A stretch of DNA of 64,000 nucleotides from Selenomonadales bacterium UBA7018 (GTDB lineage Bacteria > Bacillota > Negativicutes > Selenomonadales > Selenomonadaceae), in NCBI GenBank assembly GCA_002448305.1, contig DJWY01000035.1:2982-66981 (forward strand). The letters run 5' to 3'. A program made the translations under genes and the position numbers. Every line of letters begins with the position of its first letter. The stretch's first letter is position 1. The notes beneath the pieces are model-generated. The model was not told where the DNA came from, made no database searches, and was given only the letters and a program-made list of their open reading frames with translations. Shown here one piece after another: positions 43,001 through 52,103 of this stretch.

Positions 43001-43168
43001 GTCATTGAAAAAATTCTCTAAACTTTGCAAGATAATAGTTGTCGCTTTAATTAAAATGCTGTATACTTCCTCCACATATTTGTTGGCATTTACAAGGACG
43101 TTGTCCGCGTGCTTTACGACCCGATTGAAGAGCAGATTAAAGCTTATCTTAAAGGAGAGTAAAATTTT

Positions 43169-43987
43169 ATGAACTTGAAGAAAAAAGCTTACGAGTTGCG
43201 CAAGGACGTAGTTGAAATGATTTATCGCACCAAAAATGGGCATATCGGCGGCGACTTTAGCATTATGGAAATTTTGGTTGACCTCTACTATAAGCAGATG
43301 AACATTACGCCCGAAAATTTCAAGAGCGATGACCACGACCATTTTGTTATGAGCAAAGGGCATGCAGTTGAGGCACTTTACGCCGTGCTTGCCGATAGGG
43401 GATTTTTCCCGAAAGAAGATTTGAAAACTTTTGTGTCATTCGGCTCGAAATACATTGGGCACCCGATTAATAAAGTCAACGGAATCGAAATGAATACTGG
43501 CTCGCTCGGACACGGATTGGGCGTTGGCGTGGGCATGGCTCTTGCCGGAAAAATGGACGAGAAAAATTATCGCGTTTATGTAGTCATGGGCGACGGCGAA
43601 GTTGCTGAAGGTTCGGTTTGGGAAGCGGCTATGGCGGGCAGTCATTACAAGCTTGACAATTTAACTGCGTTCGTCGACCGCAATCACCTGCAAATTTCCG
43701 GCACGACCGAACAAGTTATGAATCAGAAGTCGCAAGAGGCTCGTTGGGCGGCGTTCGGCTGGAATGTTATCAGCGTTCCTGGCAACGACCTTGACGCGAT
43801 TGATAATGCTGTTGAAATTGCTAAAAAAGTTAAGGGCAAACCAACCATAATAATTGCGCACACGGTTAAAGGTTGCGGCATTTCGTTCGCTGAAAATCAA
43901 ATTGGCTGGCATCATCACATTCCTAACGACGAAGAATATCAAACGGCGTTGAAGGAATTGGACGAGAGGGGCGCGCAATATGAATAA
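43169..43987 (+). CDS. Transketolase, N-terminal subunit (split form)
   Basis: Contains GHIGGDFS, SKGHA, GSLGHGL and VVMGDGEVAEG. Overlaps the C-terminal subunit gene. Confidence 0.9.
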   Translation: MNLKKKAYELRKDVVEMIYRTKNGHIGGDFSIMEILVDLYYKQMNITPENFKSDDHDHFVMSKGHAVEALYAVLADRGFFPKEDLKTFVSFGSKYIGHPINKVNGIEMNTGSLGHGLGVGVGMALAGKMDEKNYRVYVVMGDGEVAEGSVWEAAMAGSHYKLDNLTAFVDRNHLQISGTTEQVMNQKSQEARWAAFGWNVISVPGNDLDAIDNAVEIAKKVKGKPTIIIAHTVKGCGISFAENQIGWHHHIPNDEEYQTALKELDERGAQYE

Positions 43988-44921
43988 GATAGCCAATAAA
44001 ACAATTATAAATAATGTGCTGATTGAGGAAGCGGCGAAGGATAAAAATATTATCGTGCTTTGCAGTGATTCTCGCGGCTCGGCGAGTTTGGAACCTTTTA
44101 GCAAGGAATTTCCGAAACAATTCGTCGAAGTCGGCATAGCTGAACAAAATCTCGTTTCTATAGCGGCGGGTTTAGCGGTTTGCGGGAAAAAGTCATTTGT
44201 CTTTTCGCCGGCAAGTTTCCTTTCAACTCGTTCAGTGGAGCAGGTAAAAGTTGATGTCGCCTATTCGTATACCAATGTTAAACTTATCGGAATATCGGGC
44301 GGTGTAAGTTACGGCAATCTCGGAATGACGCATCAATCACCTAACGATATTGCAATCATGGCGTCAACGCCCGGAATGCGCGTTTATCTTCCCTGCGACC
44401 GTTTCCAAACTGAAAAATTAATTCGCACGCTTCTTCAGGATAAAGCCCCCGCTTACGTCCGAATCGGGCGCAATGCCGTCGCTGACGTTTACGAAGAAGA
44501 CAACGTGCCTTTTGAACTCAACAAGGCAGTCACAATTCAAGAAGGCTCCGACGTAACGATTATTGCTTGCGGCGAAATGGTTCAGTACGCAAAGACGGCG
44601 GGCGAAATTCTTAAGGAAAAAGGCATTTCCGCCCGCGTGATTGATATGTATTGTGTTAAGCCGATTGACAAGGAAGCGATTATCAAGGCGGCTAAGGAAA
44701 CCAAATTAATTTTGACGGTCGAAGAACATGTAAAACTTGGCGGGCTTGGCGCGATAGTTGCGCAGGTTGCGGCTCAAAATGCGCCGATTAAAGTCGTCAG
44801 TCTCGGCTTGCCCGATGAACCAGCTATTTCCGGCGAACCCGCGCAGATTTTCCAATATTACGGCATGGACGCTCAAGGCATTGTTAAAAAGATTTCCGAA
44901 CTTTTAGTCTACCGTTGCTAA
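43980..44921 (+). CDS. Transketolase, C-terminal subunit (split form)
   Basis: Contains FVEVGIAEQNLVSIAAGLA, plus the pyrimidine-binding and C-terminal domains. Confidence 0.9.
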   Translation: MNKIANKTIINNVLIEEAAKDKNIIVLCSDSRGSASLEPFSKEFPKQFVEVGIAEQNLVSIAAGLAVCGKKSFVFSPASFLSTRSVEQVKVDVAYSYTNVKLIGISGGVSYGNLGMTHQSPNDIAIMASTPGMRVYLPCDRFQTEKLIRTLLQDKAPAYVRIGRNAVADVYEEDNVPFELNKAVTIQEGSDVTIIACGEMVQYAKTAGEILKEKGISARVIDMYCVKPIDKEAIIKAAKETKLILTVEEHVKLGGLGAIVAQVAAQNAPIKVVSLGLPDEPAISGEPAQIFQYYGMDAQGIVKKISELLVYRC

Positions 44922-45084
44922 ACTCCTTAATGAATCGAATAACGGCGAAAAATTGACGAAGAGGCTTTCATCGGTTGCAAAAGCTTGAAGTCGATAACAT
45001 TTTTTTTATTAGCTTCAATCCCCATGCGGGGCTTATTTTTTTTTGCGCACTAAGATAAAATAATTTTAAAGGGAGTGATTAGCT

Positions 45085-45465
45085 TTGAAGAAATTTTTAA
45101 CGACGTTAATTTTTCTGCTGATAATTTCCGCTCAGGTTGAAGCAATTTCTTGCGAAGATTCAACTTTTGCCGTCGAAACTATAAATCAAAAGCTCCGCAA
45201 ATGGAAATGTACGCCACTAAAAATTCAATATGGCGGCGACGAACTCAATAACGCTGAAAATATCGCTTACATGAACGATTTAGCTGAAGGGCACGGCTTT
45301 GATAAAAAATTTACTGCGTGCATGGTCTTTTATAGCGATTTTCGCTCGCCTAAAGACGACGGAACGCTTTCCGCGTGGAATTACGATACTGATTATAAAA
45401 ATTGGTCGTGGTATTTTGGGCTTTATGAAGACGGCGAATGGAAATTATTAACTTGGGGGTATTGA
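45085..45465 (+). CDS. Hypothetical secreted protein
   Basis: TTG start after AAAGGGAG. Signal peptide MKKFLTTLIFLLIISAQVEA. It abuts the SBP gene with a 1-nt gap. No family recognised. Confidence 0.5.
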   Translation: MKKFLTTLIFLLIISAQVEAISCEDSTFAVETINQKLRKWKCTPLKIQYGGDELNNAENIAYMNDLAEGHGFDKKFTACMVFYSDFRSPKDDGTLSAWNYDTDYKNWSWYFGLYEDGEWKLLTWGY

Positions 45466-45466
45466 T

Positions 45467-47005
45467 ATGAAAAAATTCTTGGCGGCAATCTGCGCGGCTG
45501 GCTTGCTAATGACGGGTTGCGGCGGCGATAGTGCAGAAAAATCCGCTTCAACTGGCGAAAAAACTTTTATTTATGGAACGGTTGCTTATGGCGTGGCTAT
45601 GGAGAACGTCGGCATTAATCCGCACGAAAGTTATAGCGGCTGGAGTACTCTGCGCTACGGTATCGGCGAAACGCTTTTCAAATTTAACGAGCAAATGGAG
45701 CTTGAACCCTGGCTGGCTGAAAGTTTCGAGCAAGTCGACGATTTCACCGTTAAAATTAAGATTAATGGCGCGGCAACTTTCTCTAATGGCAAAAAAGTTG
45801 ACGGCGCGGCGGTCAAAAAATGTTTAGAGGCTTTAATTGCTAATCACGACCGCGCCCCACGCGATTTAAAAATTTCTTCGATTGAAGCGGACGGGCAATT
45901 TGTTACGATTAAATCTTCCGAGAAAATGCCCGCGTTGCTGAATTATCTAAGCGACCCTTACGGTTGCATTATCGACGTTGATGAGGGCGTCAAAGATAAT
46001 ATCGTTGTCGGCACGGGACCTTACAAAGCCGTTAAAGTCACTGACACGCAGATTGATTTAGTTAAAAACGAAAATTATTGGGGCGCAGTCAAGCCGAAAA
46101 TTGATAAAATCACCGTCAAGAGCATTACCGACGGCGACACTTTGACTATGGCTATGCAAAATGGCGAACTCGACGCGGTGCAAGGGCTTCCTTACTCTTC
46201 TTTGCAACTTTTCCAGAACGATAACTATAAAATTTCGCAAGTCAATACTTCCCGCGTTTATCAAGCCGCTTTTAATTTCAAAAATCCCATTTTGCAGGAT
46301 TTAAACGTCCGCAAGGCAATTTCTATGGCGATTGATAAGGAAAATTTTACTAAAGTTTTGCTAAATGGCAACGGTACGCCTGCAATTTCGCCTTTCCCCG
46401 CTAATTTATCATTTGGCGATAAAAATTTCCAACCTATTCCTTATGATTTAGACGCCGCGAAAAAACTTTTAACCGATTCTGGCTGGAGAGATTCCGACGG
46501 CGACGGCTACGTTGACAAGGACGGCAAAAATCTTGAATTAAATTATCTTACTTACACTTCCCGCCAAGAATTACCACTACTCGCTGAAGCCGCGCAGGCT
46601 AATTTGAAAAAAATCGGCGTCAAACTCAACGTAAACGCTACTGACAACTATAAAACTTTCCTCAAAAGCGGCGAATACGATATTTTCAGCAAAGCTATTG
46701 TCACGGCTCCGACTGGCGACCCCGAATATTATTTCACAAGTCATATCGTGCCGGGCGCGGTCGATAACGCCGGTTTTTACGACAGTCCGCAAATTGTCGC
46801 GCTTGAAAACGAATTGCATAATACTTTTGGCGCGGATAAACGTTCTAAACTTGCCGTAAAAATGTCTCAACAAATTTTGGACGATTGCGCGCTGATTTAC
46901 GCCGCACATTTGCGCATGTCATTTGTTATGAAACCGAACGTAGAAAGATTTACGGCGCACCCGTCCGATTATTATGAAATTCGTCCGGAGTTGGATAAAA
47001 AATGA
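45467..47005 (+). CDS. ABC transporter substrate-binding lipoprotein, family 5 (peptide/nickel/opine type)
   Basis: Lipobox LLMTGCGG. 512 aa. Typical family-5 stretches (LVKNENYWG, AISMAIDKE). Confidence 0.85.
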   Translation: MKKFLAAICAAGLLMTGCGGDSAEKSASTGEKTFIYGTVAYGVAMENVGINPHESYSGWSTLRYGIGETLFKFNEQMELEPWLAESFEQVDDFTVKIKINGAATFSNGKKVDGAAVKKCLEALIANHDRAPRDLKISSIEADGQFVTIKSSEKMPALLNYLSDPYGCIIDVDEGVKDNIVVGTGPYKAVKVTDTQIDLVKNENYWGAVKPKIDKITVKSITDGDTLTMAMQNGELDAVQGLPYSSLQLFQNDNYKISQVNTSRVYQAAFNFKNPILQDLNVRKAISMAIDKENFTKVLLNGNGTPAISPFPANLSFGDKNFQPIPYDLDAAKKLLTDSGWRDSDGDGYVDKDGKNLELNYLTYTSRQELPLLAEAAQANLKKIGVKLNVNATDNYKTFLKSGEYDIFSKAIVTAPTGDPEYYFTSHIVPGAVDNAGFYDSPQIVALENELHNTFGADKRSKLAVKMSQQILDDCALIYAAHLRMSFVMKPNVERFTAHPSDYYEIRPELDKK

Positions 47006-47760
47006 TTTTGGCGGTTGAAGATTTAATCGTTGCTTACGGCAAGAAAAGAATTGTTCACGACATAAATTTTTCTGTAAAGCGCGGAGAAATTTTGATAATC
47101 GCGGGCGAAAGTGGCTCTGGCAAGTCGACGATTTTAAAAGCGATAGGCGGCTTACTCGGCAAAGACGGCGCGATTGTTGACGGGCAAATATTTTTTGACG
47201 GCAAGGAAATTACGAACCTACCCGACGGCGAACGCAGGAAAATTTCTGGTGATTCAATCGGATATATTTTTCAAAATGCGGGCGCGTCATTCTGCCCAAT
47301 TCGTACAATCGGCGAACAAATTTTGGAAAGTGTTCGTGCTCATCGTGATTGGAGCAAAAAAGAATTTATCGCCCGCGCAGAAGAAATAATGCAGAAAATA
47401 AATCTTGCGCCCGAAATTTTGGACGAATATCCGTTCCGATTATCGGGCGGAATGGCACAACGCGCAGGAATTTTAGCGGCGATGATATTGGAACCAAAAC
47501 TTTTGCTGGCAGACGAGCCGACAAGCGCATTGGATATAGTAACTCAAGCGGGCGTCGTCAAAGTCCTTTTAAATTTGCGCGAACGGCTAAAAGTTTCAAT
47601 TATATTAGTCACGCACGATTTAAGAGTTGCGCGGCGCATGGCTGATAAAATTTTAATCATGAAACGCGGCGCGGCAGTTGAATTCGGGACGCGAGATGAA
47701 ATTTTCGACGCGCCACAAGAAGTTTACACAAGAGAACTTTTGAAGGCGGGTTACTTTTAA
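47002..47760 (+). CDS. ABC transporter ATP-binding protein (DppD/OppD-like)
   Basis: Walker A GESGSGKST, signature LSGGMAQR and Walker B LLLADEPTSALD. Confidence 0.85.
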   Translation: MILAVEDLIVAYGKKRIVHDINFSVKRGEILIIAGESGSGKSTILKAIGGLLGKDGAIVDGQIFFDGKEITNLPDGERRKISGDSIGYIFQNAGASFCPIRTIGEQILESVRAHRDWSKKEFIARAEEIMQKINLAPEILDEYPFRLSGGMAQRAGILAAMILEPKLLLADEPTSALDIVTQAGVVKVLLNLRERLKVSIILVTHDLRVARRMADKILIMKRGAAVEFGTRDEIFDAPQEVYTRELLKAGYF

Positions 47761-47865
47761 AAAGTAAACGCAAGCTAAACAGTGTACGCGATTTAACGTT
47801 TCACTATTCCAACTTTATCGCCGCGCCAGAACGCTACGCTAGCATAAAATTTTTGGGGGCAACTT

Positions 47866-48561
47866 ATGAACGTTTTGGAAGTCAAGCATATTAAAAAGCA
47901 TTTTGGAAATAAATTAGTACTCAACGACATAAATTTTGCTATTGACGCTGGCAAAATTTTAGGGATTGTTGGTTTAAGCGGCGGCGGCAAGTCGACTTTG
48001 GTAAAAATTATTGCCAGATTAATTCCTAGCGACGACGGACAAATTTTTCTTTGCGGCGAAGACATTACGCACGCGACCGGCAACGCCTTTTATAAAAATA
48101 TGCAGATGATTTTCCAAAATCCGGAAGACTCTTTCAACCCGCGCAGGACGCTTGGAAAAAGTATCGCAGAACCGATAAAAAACTTTCTCGGCGAAGAAAA
48201 TCTGCGCGGACGGGTCGAAAATCTGTTAGTCGAAGTCGGATTGTCTGAAAATTACGCAGAACGTTATCCCCGCGAAGTTTCCGGCGGCGAATGTCAACGG
48301 GCGGCAATAGCGCGGGCAATTTCAATTGAACCAAAGCTATTAATCTGCGATGAAGCAACTTCCGCGTTAGATGTGACGATTCAAGCGCAAGTCGTCGCGC
48401 TGATAAGGAAAATTTGCGCTGAAAAAAATATTGCGTGCCTATTCATAACGCACGACCTAGCGACGCTGAAGAAATTAACAGACCGCGTTTTAGTTTTGGA
48501 GGGCGGGCGGCTAAAGAATTTATCGGAAGCAAATTTCAAGGAGGTTTTGCAATGGAATTGA
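47866..48561 (+). CDS. ABC transporter ATP-binding protein (DppF/OppF-like)
   Basis: Walker A GLSGGGKST, signature VSGGECQR and Walker B LLICDEATSALD. Confidence 0.85.
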   Translation: MNVLEVKHIKKHFGNKLVLNDINFAIDAGKILGIVGLSGGGKSTLVKIIARLIPSDDGQIFLCGEDITHATGNAFYKNMQMIFQNPEDSFNPRRTLGKSIAEPIKNFLGEENLRGRVENLLVEVGLSENYAERYPREVSGGECQRAAIARAISIEPKLLICDEATSALDVTIQAQVVALIRKICAEKNIACLFITHDLATLKKLTDRVLVLEGGRLKNLSEANFKEVLQWN

Positions 48562-49250
48562 GCAGAAGAATTGAAAATTACTGGGACGAACGCAGCGAAC
48601 ATTTCAGCAAGTCGCGCAGGCTTGAACTTGACGGCGTTGACGGCGCGGCTTGGAAAAATATCTTCAAAAAGAATTTGCCCGCCGGCAAGTTAAAAATTCT
48701 CGATGTCGGGACGGGCGCAGGATTTTTCGCCGCGATTTTATCTAAAATGGGGCATAAAGTCGTTGGAATTGATATGTCGTCGAAAATGCTTGGCGAAGCG
48801 CAAAAAAATCTGCGCGAACTCAATTTGCACGCAGAATTCCATAAAATGAACGCGCAAAATCTCCGCTTCGACGACGAAACTTTTGACGCAGTTGTCACCA
48901 GAAATTTGACGTGGACATTGCCCGACGTTAAAGCTGCTTATCGCGAATGGCACAGAGTTTTAAAAGTCGGCGGCGTCTTAATGAATTTTGATTCCGATTA
49001 CGGCGACACAAAATTTTTAGACGGCGCGAAGATTCACGAGAAAATTGGCGAAAAAATGTTAGGCGAGTGCGACGCGATTAAAAATTCCTTGACGATAAGC
49101 ACGCGCCGCCGCCCTATGTGGGACGCTGGCTTTCTTGAGGGTCTAAATTTCTTCGTGCGCCTTGATGAAGATATTTCGCACGCCGTCCACAAAGATAATC
49201 GTTGCCTTTATGACTCAATTCCGCTGTTTGCTATTTTTGCCACGAAATAA
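48552..49250 (+). CDS. Class I SAM-dependent methyltransferase
   Basis: ATG 48552 (MELSRRIENYW) follows AAGGAGG and overlaps the ATPase stop by 10 nt. Motif I is ILDVGTGAGFFA. Confidence 0.8.
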   Translation: MELSRRIENYWDERSEHFSKSRRLELDGVDGAAWKNIFKKNLPAGKLKILDVGTGAGFFAAILSKMGHKVVGIDMSSKMLGEAQKNLRELNLHAEFHKMNAQNLRFDDETFDAVVTRNLTWTLPDVKAAYREWHRVLKVGGVLMNFDSDYGDTKFLDGAKIHEKIGEKMLGECDAIKNSLTISTRRRPMWDAGFLEGLNFFVRLDEDISHAVHKDNRCLYDSIPLFAIFATK

Positions 49251-49255
49251 ATCAA

Positions 49256-49293
49256 AAATCCCCGACTCGCGTTGAATCGGGGATTTATTTTGT
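49256..49293. terminator. Bidirectional terminator between the methyltransferase gene and the convergent 113-aa ORF
   Basis: AAATCCCCGA-ctcgcgttgaa-TCGGGGATTT followed by ATTTTG. Confidence 0.7.
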
Positions 49294-49634
49294 TAAATTT
49301 CAAGTTTATTTCCTTGCGCGTCAATCGGGTCACAAAGCAGGAAGAGCGCACTCATATCGACGTGGAAAATTATTGTGTATTCGTCATCGTCGGGAGCCGC
49401 GCCATTAAATTTGTTGTTGAAAAGGAGCGAAGCCGCGTGGGAATAGTCGTTGACTTGGTCGCCGTAAGCACCAATTTTTTTGCTACAAACTGGCTCCAAA
49501 AACTTAAAAACGGTGCCCGCAGGAAAAATCCCGTCGACGAAAACTTTTTCGGGCAAATAATTATTGTATTCGACGAACGGAATAGCAACTTTCGAGCGCA
49601 AATAAAGATTATCAAAATCCAAAGTTCTAATCAT
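49293..49634 (-). CDS. Hypothetical protein
   Basis: 113-aa ORF that starts 10 nt after the STAS gene stop and is followed by a hairpin terminator. No family recognised. Confidence 0.45.
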   Translation of the reverse strand: MIRTLDFDNLYLRSKVAIPFVEYNNYLPEKVFVDGIFPAGTVFKFLEPVCSKKIGAYGDQVNDYSHAASLLFNNKFNGAAPDDDEYTIIFHVDMSALFLLCDPIDAQGNKLEI

Positions 49635-49643
49635 GCTGTCACC

Positions 49644-49967
49644 TCAGAAACTCACAGAGAATTTCGCTTTTTTGTCGTCAGCAATCGTCAGAAAATCGCT
49701 GAAACCAGTCATATCGAGAACTTCGCGGACATTATCGCGGATATTTTTGATACGCATTGCGCCTTGCTTATCCATTTTCTTTTGAATTTTGAGCAAAGTA
49801 CGCAGACCGGCGGAAGAAATATATTCAAGTTCCGCTAAATCAACCGTCAAATCGGTTATGCCATCGAGTTTCAAAGATTTATCAAGTTCGAGAGCGGAAA
49901 CAGCATCAAGCCGCCCAATAATTTGAATTGTGAGCCTTGAACCTTCCGTAAGTTGTTTAATTTCCAT
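49644..49967 (-). CDS. STAS-domain protein (anti-sigma-factor antagonist, SpoIIAA/RsbV-like)
   Basis: Contains LTIQIIGRLDAVSALELD...VDLAELEYISSAGLRTLL..IKNIRDNVREVLDMTGF, the STAS fold signature with the conserved Ser context. Confidence 0.75.
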   Translation of the reverse strand: MEIKQLTEGSRLTIQIIGRLDAVSALELDKSLKLDGITDLTVDLAELEYISSAGLRTLLKIQKKMDKQGAMRIKNIRDNVREVLDMTGFSDFLTIADDKKAKFSVSF

Positions 49968-50057
49968 TTGAAAGCCTCCTTTGTTGTTGATTATAATAAA
50001 ATTTGTAAAGCGGCGTCAAGTGTGCTAAGATTTACAAAAAATTTAGGAGGAATTGTT

Positions 50058-51233
50058 GTGAATAACTGCAAAGCGATTGAAATTAGCGAAAATATTTACT
50101 GGGTGGGCGCGGTTGATTGGTCGATGAGAAATTTTCATGGTTACGAGACGGGACGCGGCACGACTTACAACGCTTATTTGATTCTCGACGAAAAAATTAC
50201 GCTGATTGATACGGCGAAAATTGATTTTAAGGACGAATTGATTGCTAGAATTTCTTCCGTTATCGACCCCGTGCAGATTGAAGTTATAATTTCTAGTCAC
50301 GTTGAGCCAGACCACTCCGGCGCGTTGAAGGAAATCGCAGAACTTGCGCCCAATGCCGAAATTTTCACGACTAATCCGAACGGGATTAAGGGATTGACAG
50401 CGCGTTATGGAAAATTGAATTATAAAGCGGTCAATGCGGGCGATAAAATTTCTATCGGCAAAAGAACATTGCAATTTGTTCCGACTCCTATGTTGCATTG
50501 GCCTGACTCAATGGTTACGTATTGTCCGGAAGAAAAAATTTTGTTCAGCAACGACGCATTCGGCGAACATTTAGCGACATCTCTGCGCTTTGATGACGAA
50601 AACGATTTAGCGACGATATTTTTCGAGGCGAAGAAATATTACGCGAATATTTTAATGCCGTTCGGGAAGCAGGCGCAAACTGCGCTTAAAGCTCTTGGAA
50701 ATTTGGAAATGCGTATGATAGCGACTGGGCACGGCGTCATTTGGCGCAAAAATATTGATAAAATCGTTGACTGCTATAAAAAATGGAGCGCGGGCGAAGT
50801 CGAAGAGCGCGCCGTTATCGTTTTCGATTCAATGTGGCATTCAACGGAAATTTTAGCGCAGACAATTACTGAAGCGTTCGCGAAAAGGAAAATTTCTGCC
50901 GCGTACTACGACATAAAGAAAAACGCGCTCTCGGATATTATGACGGACATTTTTACCAGCAAATATTTGGCGGTTGGTTCGCCGACGATAAATAATCAGA
51001 TGATGCCGACGATAGCGGGCTTTCTTTGCTATTTGAAAGGTCTTCGCCCTGTGAATCATAAAGGCTTTGCGTTTGGGAGCTATGGTTGGGGCGGACAAAG
51101 TATCGGCTACGTTGAAGACGAGCTTAAATTGGCGGGCATTGAAATTATTTTGGAAAAAATTCGCGTCGCTAACGTTCCGACAGCTCAACAACTCAACGAA
51201 ATCACGGAAAAAATCCTTGCGCTTGACCTTTAA
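50058..51233 (+). CDS. Flavodiiron protein (FprA / rubredoxin:oxygen or NO reductase type)
   Basis: Metallo-beta-lactamase-like domain with SHVEPDHSG and a C-terminal flavodoxin domain. GTG 50058 lies 7 nt after AGGAGG; the listed 49953 start is upstream read-through. Confidence 0.88.
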   Translation: MNNCKAIEISENIYWVGAVDWSMRNFHGYETGRGTTYNAYLILDEKITLIDTAKIDFKDELIARISSVIDPVQIEVIISSHVEPDHSGALKEIAELAPNAEIFTTNPNGIKGLTARYGKLNYKAVNAGDKISIGKRTLQFVPTPMLHWPDSMVTYCPEEKILFSNDAFGEHLATSLRFDDENDLATIFFEAKKYYANILMPFGKQAQTALKALGNLEMRMIATGHGVIWRKNIDKIVDCYKKWSAGEVEERAVIVFDSMWHSTEILAQTITEAFAKRKISAAYYDIKKNALSDIMTDIFTSKYLAVGSPTINNQMMPTIAGFLCYLKGLRPVNHKGFAFGSYGWGGQSIGYVEDELKLAGIEIILEKIRVANVPTAQQLNEITEKILALDL

Positions 51234-51242
51234 GGAGTTAGC

Positions 51243-51271
51243 TTGATTTTTTTCAATATCTAAAATATATT
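51243..51271 (+). promoter_or_regulatory. Sigma-70-type promoter for the licC-like/ABC operon
   Basis: TTGATT (51243-51248), 17-nt spacer, TATATT (51266-51271). Confidence 0.45.
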
Positions 51272-51305
51272 TGCTCAGCTAAAAAATTTAAGGGGAAGGT
51301 TAGAC

Positions 51306-52088
51306 TTGACACGGACGGAATTTGAAATTTTAACCGACGAACTTGAAAAGGGAGGCAAGCTCCCTGCGGATGCCTTAAAGGCTTTGGAGCCGTACAGAGT
51401 TCGTCGGGCGATTTTTATTGCGGCAGGAATAGGCGAACGGCTTTTGCCCATAACTTTGAATACTCCTAAGCCGCTAATCAAAGTGCACGGCAAAAGAATT
51501 ATCGACGGGCTAATTGACGCTTGCCTTGACGCTAATATTGAGGAAATTTACATTGTGCGCGGCTATCTCTCGGAACAATTCGATTTACTCTTAAAAAAAT
51601 ATCCTATGATTAAATTTATCGAGAATCCGCTTTACGACAAAGCAAATAATATTTCTTCCGCCCTTTGCGCCGCGCATTTGATGAGCAATGCTTACGTCCT
51701 TGAAGCCGACTTGCTGATTTACAATCCCGCGCTGATTAAAAAGTATCAGTTCGCCTCAAATTTTCTCGGCATAAAAATGGCGCACTCGGACGATTGGTGC
51801 TTTGACGTTAAGGACGGCGTTATTGTCAACCAGAAAATCGGCGGCGACGATTGTTATCAAGAAGTCGGAATATCTTATTGGGACGCGGCGTCGGCGGCGA
51901 AACTTCAAAAGGATTTGCAAGCGGCTTTCGATTCGCCCGGCGGTAACGAAAGATATTGGGACGAAGTGCCGCTTAAAATTTTTCCGAAAAATTATCGCGT
52001 TAAAATTCGCCCGTGTTCAGCTTCGGATATTGTAGAGATTGATACTTTTGACGAACTAAAAGCGATTGATAAAGCTTACGACGTTTAG
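51306..52088 (+). CDS. LicC-family cytidylyltransferase (phosphocholine / possibly 2-aminoethylphosphonate, PntC-like)
   Basis: Contains AIFIAAGIGERLLPITLNTPKPLIKV, and the C-terminal YWDEVPLK...IVEIDTFDELKAID parallels S. pneumoniae LicC as I recall it. An extra N-terminal segment of about 35 aa is present. TTG start. Confidence 0.72.
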   Translation: MTRTEFEILTDELEKGGKLPADALKALEPYRVRRAIFIAAGIGERLLPITLNTPKPLIKVHGKRIIDGLIDACLDANIEEIYIVRGYLSEQFDLLLKKYPMIKFIENPLYDKANNISSALCAAHLMSNAYVLEADLLIYNPALIKKYQFASNFLGIKMAHSDDWCFDVKDGVIVNQKIGGDDCYQEVGISYWDAASAAKLQKDLQAAFDSPGGNERYWDEVPLKIFPKNYRVKIRPCSASDIVEIDTFDELKAIDKAYDV

Positions 52089-52103
52089 AGGAGGAAATTT
52101 TTC

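Noticed and set aside
42926-43363. 145-aa minus-strand ORF spanning the ilvB-tkt intergenic region and the tkt 5' end. I also considered it as a possible ilv leader peptide or T-box leader.
   Set aside because: - There is no SD sequence.
- It overlaps the well-supported transketolase start.
- Its composition is odd.
- I could not find the T-box core (..GGTGGTACCGCG-like) or a run of Leu/Ile/Val codons before the hairpin.
43169-44921. The split transketolase as a possible pseudogene or frameshift.
   Set aside because: The two ORFs overlap by 8 nt. Each is complete with intact motifs. The two-subunit form is a known natural arrangement in many anaerobes.
49272-49838. 188-aa plus-strand ORF.
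   Set aside because: It is fully antisense to the STAS gene and the 113-aa ORF. It starts inside a terminator hairpin, and I recognised no motif.
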